In this document: one piece after another, positions 57,601 through 64,000 of the stretch
How positions within the stretch are numbered: position 1 is the stretch's first letter
Layout of the letters: each line of letters opens with the position of its first letter
Source of the DNA: a virus
Strand: one strand, 5' to 3'
Length of the DNA stretch: 64,000 nt
Virus record (IMG/VR): IMGVR_UViG_3300042474_001633
Span: 32,001-96,000 of that record
Program-made: the position numbers and the translations under genes
The notes under the pieces: model-generated
Seen by the model: the letters and a program-made list of their open reading frames with translations, nothing else
Told to the model about the DNA's origin: nothing
Database searches by the model: none

Positions 57601-60600
57601 TCAAATTGTTTCGTATGTACGACAACCCAGCTACAAAAAAACCATTCACAGACGCAGAACTTATGGAAGTTCTCTTCAACCTTGCATTACAACGCAGAGA
57701 AATAGAAAACAAGATAGGGCCATCAATCCTTTCCGACTTCAACAAGCTCGAAGCTTTCAACAGAAGGCTGATTAACGCACTAGCTGGTTTAGCAGAAGAA
57801 GACGAAGACGAATTTGAGCTATCGCCCGGAGACCTGCTTGATGGCGAAGAAGAAGAAGGAGAAGAAGGAGGCATGCAGCCAGACCCTCCCTCGATTGAGG
57901 AAATGCAGCAAGCAAACCAAGACATCCTCGACTCCCAGGCGGAGCGCCTACAAAATCGCCCTGAAGTTGGCGATGAGTTCACCAAGGATGATGTGAAAAA
58001 TATACGCGACACAATATCCTCCATCAAGAAAAACCAAGAACCAACCACTGCAGCTCCAGATACTGATGAATACTGGGAAAGATTCGGTCCTTATGATGGC
58101 GACAAAAATCACCCTCTCAACCAGGTAACTGACGCCGAGGGTAAAGAAGTTGGTCTTAATTCAAAAGAATACCAAGTAGATAAAAATTTGTGGAACGAGT
58201 ATCTGGCTGGAAACTATGCACAAGAATGGTCAGACATACACAACAGTCACATAATTGCACGATATACGGACGTGCCGGAAGAACTTAGTCGTTACAACGG
58301 CGAGTTCGAAGAGGGCGCAGACCCAGCGTTGATTGACCCCAATATTCGGTGGGACAAACTAATCGATGTGCTTCAGCAGACAAACCCTGAACTATTCCGC
58401 AAAGACCCGAAAACTGGCGAGGTTGTTGGGGAGACACTCGATAATCTTGCTCAACAACTTGGTCTGCAGAATTATGGTGGGGCATCATTCTCAGCAAGAG
58501 CAGGACGAGTGACTGATGCGTCTGGAGAGATTATTGATACCAGCGGACCGCAATACAGAAGATTGCTTGGTGAACTCGCAAAGGATGAGCGCTTAAAGCA
58601 AAATGAGCAGTATTTGGGTTCTACGAAAGCTGCCGCAAAAGAACGTGCGAAGCTTTGGAACTTATTTGAGGTAGGGACTTTAACACCAGAAGAAATTGCT
58701 TTTCAGGAAGAAATTCGAGACGTAAACACTGTTGTCCAGGCATTGCATATGCACGAGGTTGATAACAGTATACCAAGTGCAAACAGGACCAATCTCGATG
58801 GAGTGGCAAGAACGGCCTTTCAGACAAGAAAAGCGGCATTCGAAAAAGCCAAGACAAAAAAACTAATTGAAGGTATACGCGAAATAGCAAGACTTTCAAA
58901 CCCGAATGTCTCCACTAGGGCTACAGCTAGTGACCTTCAGAACACAATCGATAGGGCAATTACGTATCTTGACGAAACAATAAAGAAGATTGGAATTGAA
59001 TACGACCAGTTCAGAAGAACGAAACAGATGCTTCACGGCATGATTTCTTCCCTACTAAAAACGAGACCGGGATTATTCGAGGTCGACCCCAAAAATCCAA
59101 ATCAACGAAATAGATTCGGCCAGACCGGTTGGAATAGGGCCAAAGAACCGCTCCTTAGGTATATGAACCGCATCTATAAGTGGAACGAAGAAATGTTTGG
59201 CTATGTCGACAGGAGAACAGGCGAGACGAAGCGCGGGCTCTTGCGCATCCTGGTCGAATATGAGCGCTCTCTTGCTCTTCAGACAGGCGACCCGGCTGGT
59301 TCGTCATCTACAACCGCAATTTTTAATCGTGCGCGGCAAAGAAAACAAGAGCTCGAGCGATTCAAGGGAGAATTGCAGTCGCTATCGCAACAGGCGCAAA
59401 GTCAGGGCATTACCGGATTCATGAAGGGTGCTGGGGCGCTTGGACGAGCTGAAGATTCTGCTCGCAGAGGTGCCCGGAGGGCCGCTGAAGGAAGATTCGG
59501 ATTTGCAGACCCTCGAATTCTCAAGAGGTATGACCGCGCGGGATTTGATGTAACCAAGCCAATGCTTGGAAACGCATCGGGGTTTAATAAGCGATTCAAT
59601 CGGGAGATACAAGAGGCAATTCGTAATAACAATAAAAGCATGGAGAGTTCCCCGGCGTTTAATCGGCTTAACCAGAATGAAAAGTCTTACATGAGACTAC
59701 TAGAAGCCGTGAACAATACACCAAGGCTCTTTGGGAATGAAGAAAATCCTGCTCGCTTACGTCAACAAACGGGTCGAGTCGGTCAAACTGGTTTGAACCC
59801 TAGCGTTCGCACACCAAGATATGTAACTCCATACGTAAACAGAAGACCAACAGAATTTTACAAATCCGGCATAACAGGCAGAATGGAAGGCACTTCTCGC
59901 AACGAAAGAATTAAGAATTTTGGCGGCAAAGACAAACTAAAGATTGGTGGATTTCTAGAAGTTGTGCCAGAAGAACTAGAAGACGGTCGCTGGTACATGG
60001 TCAATAGGCATGGTGAAATAATGTCACCAGAGTCTTATACAAACGAAGACGCCGCCTACAAGGCGAGCCTGGCTCTTGGGAGAAAATTTAGAGAACAGCA
60101 ACGTGGCCAAGAGCTTCCACAAAACACAGCTGAGTGGGAAGCTGCGCGTCTTGGACTCAGACAAAGTGGTTATCGAGCTGCCTCGGTTCACCGTCAAAAC
60201 CTTGCAGACATTGCGCCAATCAAGGCTGACGGAACAAAAAACGAATACATATTTGCTGTTGACAAACGCCCCAAGCAAAGGGCTGGAGACGCATTAATTA
60301 TCAGGAAGAACCCATCTACTGGCGCGCTCGAGGCATTGGTCATCGAAAGAGGTTTTGGCCCACATAGAAAAGATGGTGAAGGAACCGTTGCTCTTCCTGG
60401 TGGATTTTTTGACCAAAGCAAGGGAGACGCGGACCTTTTCGATTCAGCTCTACGAGAAGCCCTCGAAGAAACAGGACTTCGTCCGGAAGACCTAATTACT
60501 TCACAGAAGCTGGGAACAATCGATTCCCCAGACTGGGACCCTCGTTTTGCCGAAGGCATAGAAGTTTCTGCAGTTCTCGTGGAAGTTCCATCCACTTGGG

Positions 60601-63600
60601 AACCAACAGCTGGCGATGATGCAGAATCAGCTCGATTCGTTCCACTGGTAGACCTTGCCAGTGGAGATATTCCACTTGGATTCGGACACGCAGCGTGGTT
60701 CGATGCAGCTTTTTCCGCCCATGAGGACCCGGAATTATCGTCCCTGGGAGAAAAATTCTCCCACCTCAACTGGTTGGCAAGACAACGTCAACAGAGAATA
60801 ATACGAGACGCTAACGAATTGCGCGTGGCCTACAACGCCGAAAGACTTGAGCGAGACCTAACTTTATTTGACCAAGAAAATCCACGCCTAAAACTTTTTC
60901 CAACAGAACTTCCAGACACAACAAATGGGGGCTGGAGGCCAACTGGTTCGGAGTTTGATGCAATATCCAAGCCGAGAGTGGCAAGAATCATCAAAGAAGC
61001 ACATGCTCATCTAGACGCTCTGATTAACACAGAGAGAGCCAAGCGTGGATTGCCACCAAAGAGAACCAAGAGAAATCTTCCAGAGATACCGCCTGGGGCA
61101 GTATCTGGTGCGATGCGTGCAGCAATGACCGAAATGGGCCCTGACGAATTTGACAAGGTAAGTCGTCTTGACAACGGAAGAGATAACCCAGCTGCAAGAA
61201 AGTTTATTGATGACGTAATCAACTTGCGTATGGCCGGTATGGATAAATACTCAATCGCTAAATTCATGTCAGATAAAGCAGCGCTTGAATTCGCGATACG
61301 CGACAATGGAAATTCCCCAGAACCAAAAGACCTCATTAGAAGTCATAATTCAAAAGCGGATAGAGGCAGCGAGCTAGCCGGCCTGGCTCCGACAGATGAA
61401 CTTATTTTTAGAATAATCTCTGAAAGAAAACTCAACACAACTGGCAACTCACGAAGCAGGTTCTCCACCGCGGTTCGTGGAGTCGAGCCGCAGGATAAGT
61501 TTACGAAGCAAAGAAACGATGCAGCAAAAGACGTGATGACGCTCGCCCTTGAGGGGATGTCAACAGCAGAGATAGCAGACATCTTGGATATTTCCAAAGG
61601 GAGAGTTGGAAGCACCCTTCGTCGAATGGGCATGCAAGACAGGGATGGCTCTACAACTATTGGTGATATGAGTGATTCAATTCGCCGCTATGAGCAGTCC
61701 CCAAATCAAAAAGCCATGTATGTGGACTCAATGTATAAGCGGATGTCTCTTTCGGAAATATCCAGAAAGTACAAACTTACCGAATCAGAGGTTAGAGAAT
61801 CGGTTGAGTCATACAGGGATAATGTGGAATCGCTGCAGCCGGAACACCACGCCATCTACCGTAAAGCGCTAACCGATATCGAAGCAGATGTACTTTCCCG
61901 AGACGAAGAGCAAATTACAAGAATGAGACTCGATGGCCTTTCGATTTCTGATATATCTGAAGTCACAAAAATGGACAATGGACGAGTAAAGACCATAGAG
62001 CAGCGAGCTCTTTATAAACTTCGCAGAAACAATTCTGATGAATTTATGGGAGTCAAGCGCGACCTCGACGTAATCAACTACAGAAGAACGCCAAGCATGA
62101 ACTACATGGTTGGCGGTATGACCGATATTGAGAGAGATGGCGTCTACTTCAGCGCGAGAGACCTTAGAGACTTCCGAAACAACGACAAAGACATATACAT
62201 AATGAATCAGCATATGGGGTCTTCCGTGAAGGATATTGCCTCAAGATTCAAGATGTCAGAAGATGCTGTGCGCCAATCAATCGAATCCTACTCGTCAGCA
62301 ATTGAAAAAACTGACACATTCAAACACAAAGCTCTTCGGCGCGTTCTCGCGACGAATAATTCCTCCCTTAGTGGCGCGGACATTGACATTATAAACATGC
62401 GTAATGACGGTGCATCAATCGACGATATCGCTAGGTATTTTGAGGTCCCCTCAGAGTCCGTGAGAGCTCGACAGATTGCTGTTATGTCCAAGTTGAACAA
62501 CTCTGATGGAATCAGCGGCGCAATGAAGGGTGTTCCGAATATTGAATCACGCAATTTATACAGAGAGCTTGGTGTTGATGAATCAGCTCCCCAACGCGAG
62601 ATTGACGATGCTTTTACTTCTGAGGTTTCTGGAATCATGTCCAGGGCGATGAAAAATGAACCGAACTCGGTTGACCGCTTGTATACAATCTCGGAGGCCT
62701 ACAAGGTTTTGTCCAACCCTGCAGCCAGAGAGTCGTACGATAACTTCGACTTTGACGACAACGACGACTTTATGGAAATTCCAGAGCTTGATAAGTTGTT
62801 TGACTCTTGGCCAATGTCTCAATATGTTGAGCCATCAACAAATAAGATTCGTCCGCCGTGGGTCGCAGACGCGATACTTGGCGAATACAGACAGTACGAC
62901 AACTTTGTCAAAATGCCGCATCATCTTGGCTCTGATGAAATAACTGATGACATCGACGATGGTTTCTTGGGCTTTAACATAAATGATTCCGATAGAGACC
63001 TGGCGATTAGCGACATGTATTACCGCGAGCCGATTCCTGGAACAAAAGAATGGGATATGGGCCAGCGAGCGGCTGACCGAGCTCGAGCCAGCGGAGACAC
63101 AAGAATAACGTTTGACAAAGACGGATTTATTTCTGGGTCCACTATGAATTTTGACCCAAGATTTGATGACCCTCAGTCTCCGGTTTATATCGGTGATAGA
63201 TACGGCGGCCCCCAAAAAGGAGCACGGCTAGACCAGCCAATGATTTCTGGTGGAATGGATTCTGAGTCAAAAAAAAAATTCAGCAAACTACTCCCTGAAA
63301 GTCTGAGCGAAAGCTCCACTAGATATCCAGGTAATTCCCGTCCGTCCAAAAAGGATATGACGCTCATCAAGACCTCGTCGGATAGGCTCCGAAGTACGGA
63401 AATTCTCCCGATAGCCGAAGTCTTTGACTTTGAATTCAGCGGACCAGATGGCGAGCGTTACGAATCGGGCATCCTGACAATTGCACAAAGACCCGTAGTT
63501 GTCGTCCGTTTTTATGACGATATCAATGTTCCCTTCTACATAAGTTCTGGACGCGGCGGAAAGAAGGATGTCGCTACGGGCAAATGGTATCCATTCTGGG

Positions 63601-64000
63601 GTATTGGAAAAGACGGCTGGTTCAACAAGACAAGCGGCGACGACATCAACAACTTCTATGGAATTCCAGAACTCAGGGAAGCCGCAGAACGGCTGAATCA
63701 AATACTTCCTGCTGATTCGTTGCCTGACGCCTCGATTAAGTGGAATAACGGAGACACGAAATGGAGAGCAAGCTCTGAGGAAAGAAGAAGGCTGCGTCAG
63801 TCACCAAACTACTCCCCCATCAAGTCCTCACTTATTCCGGTAGTAAACGGCAAGCGTGAAGCGGTTGCCCGTAGTGGCAGCTTGCAGCAATTGAGCTCCA
63901 ACATCGTTGGCGCTAGAAAACAATTCAATAAGCTGAGAAACGATTATGTAATCGCAGGGAAGATGGCCACTCCACCAGCATCGAGCCCGCGAAAAGGTGC
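54675..64000 (+). CDS. Giant polyvalent protein (>3,100 aa, runs off the window): DUF5872-like, Nudix hydrolase, sigma-70 region-4-like HTH array, HPD-less J domain, unknown domains
   Basis: Hand translation from ATG 54675 (MDDSAEMQNIEEKVIFG) found no stop in the long segments read, and the same frame is open at the window end (YVIAGKMATPPASSPRKG). Motifs GGNPGQWSARKAQLL, ALPGGFF...ALREALEETGL, RVKTIEQRALYKLR, ISEAYKVLSNPAARESYD. Confidence 0.88.
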   Translation, partial: MDDSAEMQNIEEKVIFGARVVNPSDPDVFDNPDSARVRARQIGCIGIRRYNNRSGAASWMPCTNESDYRRVSGIGHSGRRFRRQEIEREVRRVIGGRGGRKVDSKSANYTKPEVRETLKKRIMAGSKGGNPGQWSARKAQLLAIAYRKAGGGYKGGKTKKQRSLSKWTKQKWRTSDGKPARRGNVTRRYLPAAAWNRLTVGQRAATNRKKIQGSREGRQFVENTEAAKRARKRSTRGQKHIEFYEDFEFKAIGSRIGKVTRQRNFGSSTGGRVARRIGGKLRGAFATFDPSARDADGDNIVQEGTIQERRIGTRITQAARRAAASTPDNIGRIRRQPQVDEARAFGRAERLADGRYATTLPSSIARTQPSPRKIRRGSTQTRRIEETKPKKIRQSKRPETKPTTEIRAAVRDAKPEPKLYPPQYERDAIRSIRDSRPEIYRQFITGESTVAEIADRFDVVRDEIQQAINQHKKLRKSNRNKFTNNNPRLTRAIEKFSNSRNAFTEAISEGRFRDWDSMVQYVFRNPDSSKNRDNMVQDLFDTFKTGRNPDRSSNISLGYVPSVREDDKRLVKTFSDSRKPRPGFRGLDQFEVQPKRTTSAASFEQRTPRSYRRDDLIADAMAGGYTITGKMSGSMTPKQEQEWKRKEWKRQQLKGFAIDPNASAKFPSLNAVLAGRDVTKSIEALDALDDTQLDNLWTSTIGDISSVPGMSVPAYQAKNAPLSPRELALAASVKRPLVKAFVDEYKKFNAGGLIAGLDIDAMSDADIQSFFNTFVLPELTNTGSPSVQDVEQAAQLLPTQARLSDAERLLAALPSSFQTLEYRMKVGRKVLAEEGYDVDTPEFDAALQRFLDESEQKDLDNFNEQLTTWLNGGKPVKAVKKIPINPDTNEPYTEQELRDQIDAVSEAIEVIQENFDPEMFNELQQINGITSLLNEAMALETFLNDPTKVPDESLLPINTSTGKPYTLREWIESGAFKLFRMYDNPATKKPFTDAELMEVLFNLALQRREIENKIGPSILSDFNKLEAFNRRLINALAGLAEEDEDEFELSPGDLLDGEEEEGEEGGMQPDPPSIEEMQQANQDILDSQAERLQNRPEVGDEFTKDDVKNIRDTISSIKKNQEPTTAAPDTDEYWERFGPYDGDKNHPLNQVTDAEGKEVGLNSKEYQVDKNLWNEYLAGNYAQEWSDIHNSHIIARYTDVPEELSRYNGEFEEGADPALIDPNIRWDKLIDVLQQTNPELFRKDPKTGEVVGETLDNLAQQLGLQNYGGASFSARAGRVTDASGEIIDTSGPQYRRLLGELAKDERLKQNEQYLGSTKAAAKERAKLWNLFEVGTLTPEEIAFQEEIRDVNTVVQALHMHEVDNSIPSANRTNLDGVARTAFQTRKAAFEKAKTKKLIEGIREIARLSNPNVSTRATASDLQNTIDRAITYLDETIKKIGIEYDQFRRTKQMLHGMISSLLKTRPGLFEVDPKNPNQRNRFGQTGWNRAKEPLLRYMNRIYKWNEEMFGYVDRRTGETKRGLLRILVEYERSLALQTGDPAGSSSTTAIFNRARQRKQELERFKGELQSLSQQAQSQGITGFMKGAGALGRAEDSARRGARRAAEGRFGFADPRILKRYDRAGFDVTKPMLGNASGFNKRFNREIQEAIRNNNKSMESSPAFNRLNQNEKSYMRLLEAVNNTPRLFGNEENPARLRQQTGRVGQTGLNPSVRTPRYVTPYVNRRPTEFYKSGITGRMEGTSRNERIKNFGGKDKLKIGGFLEVVPEELEDGRWYMVNRHGEIMSPESYTNEDAAYKASLALGRKFREQQRGQELPQNTAEWEAARLGLRQSGYRAASVHRQNLADIAPIKADGTKNEYIFAVDKRPKQRAGDALIIRKNPSTGALEALVIERGFGPHRKDGEGTVALPGGFFDQSKGDADLFDSALREALEETGLRPEDLITSQKLGTIDSPDWDPRFAEGIEVSAVLVEVPSTWEPTAGDDAESARFVPLVDLASGDIPLGFGHAAWFDAAFSAHEDPELSSLGEKFSHLNWLARQRQQRIIRDANELRVAYNAERLERDLTLFDQENPRLKLFPTELPDTTNGGWRPTGSEFDAISKPRVARIIKEAHAHLDALINTERAKRGLPPKRTKRNLPEIPPGAVSGAMRAAMTEMGPDEFDKVSRLDNGRDNPAARKFIDDVINLRMAGMDKYSIAKFMSDKAALEFAIRDNGNSPEPKDLIRSHNSKADRGSELAGLAPTDELIFRIISERKLNTTGNSRSRFSTAVRGVEPQDKFTKQRNDAAKDVMTLALEGMSTAEIADILDISKGRVGSTLRRMGMQDRDGSTTIGDMSDSIRRYEQSPNQKAMYVDSMYKRMSLSEISRKYKLTESEVRESVESYRDNVESLQPEHHAIYRKALTDIEADVLSRDEEQITRMRLDGLSISDISEVTKMDNGRVKTIEQRALYKLRRNNSDEFMGVKRDLDVINYRRTPSMNYMVGGMTDIERDGVYFSARDLRDFRNNDKDIYIMNQHMGSSVKDIASRFKMSEDAVRQSIESYSSAIEKTDTFKHKALRRVLATNNSSLSGADIDIINMRNDGASIDDIARYFEVPSESVRARQIAVMSKLNNSDGISGAMKGVPNIESRNLYRELGVDESAPQREIDDAFTSEVSGIMSRAMKNEPNSVDRLYTISEAYKVLSNPAARESYDNFDFDDNDDFMEIPELDKLFDSWPMSQYVEPSTNKIRPPWVADAILGEYRQYDNFVKMPHHLGSDEITDDIDDGFLGFNINDSDRDLAISDMYYREPIPGTKEWDMGQRAADRARASGDTRITFDKDGFISGSTMNFDPRFDDPQSPVYIGDRYGGPQKGARLDQPMISGGMDSESKKKFSKLLPESLSESSTRYPGNSRPSKKDMTLIKTSSDRLRSTEILPIAEVFDFEFSGPDGERYESGILTIAQRPVVVVRFYDDINVPFYISSGRGGKKDVATGKWYPFWGIGKDGWFNKTSGDDINNFYGIPELREAAERLNQILPADSLPDASIKWNNGDTKWRASSEERRRLRQSPNYSPIKSSLIPVVNGKREAVARSGSLQQLSSNIVGARKQFNKLRNDYVIAGKMATPPASSPRKG

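Noticed and set aside
62625-62639. VSGIM as another G-x-M boundary motif
   Set aside because: It falls inside the J-like domain rather than in a linker. Not counted.
37001-63965. G-x-M motifs as internal translation starts (SD plus ATG)
   Set aside because: The Gly codons vary (GGA, GGT, GGC, GGG) and lie only 3 nt from the ATG, too close and too inconsistent for an SD.
1-64000. tRNA genes, integrase, transposase or alternative genetic code
   Set aside because: None recognised. Genes tile tightly under the standard code with all three stop codons in use.

Overview
A 64-kb segment of a large tailed dsDNA phage with a contractile tail. The host is probably an actinobacterium, inferred from several apparently leaderless TANNNT promoters. 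From left to right: (1) 51-5.2 kb holds a glycosyltransferase, five 2OG-Fe(II) oxygenases, a Cys-rich protein and a GNAT, next to an Fn3 protein with Pro-rich repeats. (2) 5.3-23 kb on the minus strand holds fibre, baseplate, tape measure, a tail chaperone with a -1 frameshift, tube, sheath and neck genes. (3) 23-29 kb on the minus strand holds ParB-like, RuvC-like, HNH, PD-(D/E)XK nuclease, Rad52-like and large terminase genes. (4) From 29.2 kb on the plus strand come a portal-MuF fusion, an extended prohead protease, a PepSY/acidic protein, and about 28 kb of giant multidomain proteins. One of these is a >3,100-aa ORF (54675 to the window end) missing from the supplied ORF track. No major capsid gene is visible. 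Two candidate undescribed systems stand out. (A) Two tandem small RNAs in the 24.68-25.0 kb gap: one is perfectly antisense to 17 nt of 23S rRNA helix 69, the other is complementary to the 16S rRNA 3' end, and each has its own -10 box and terminator. (B) A family of putative head-packaged cargo polyproteins whose enzymatic modules (zincin, DEDDh exonuclease, Nudix, sigma-4 HTH array, HPD-less J domain, OGFr-like, ART-like) are separated by a recurring [IV]-[STVA]-G-x-M pentapeptide (16 clear copies). These proteins also share N-terminal leader motifs. All family assignments come from motif recognition by eye, not from database searches.
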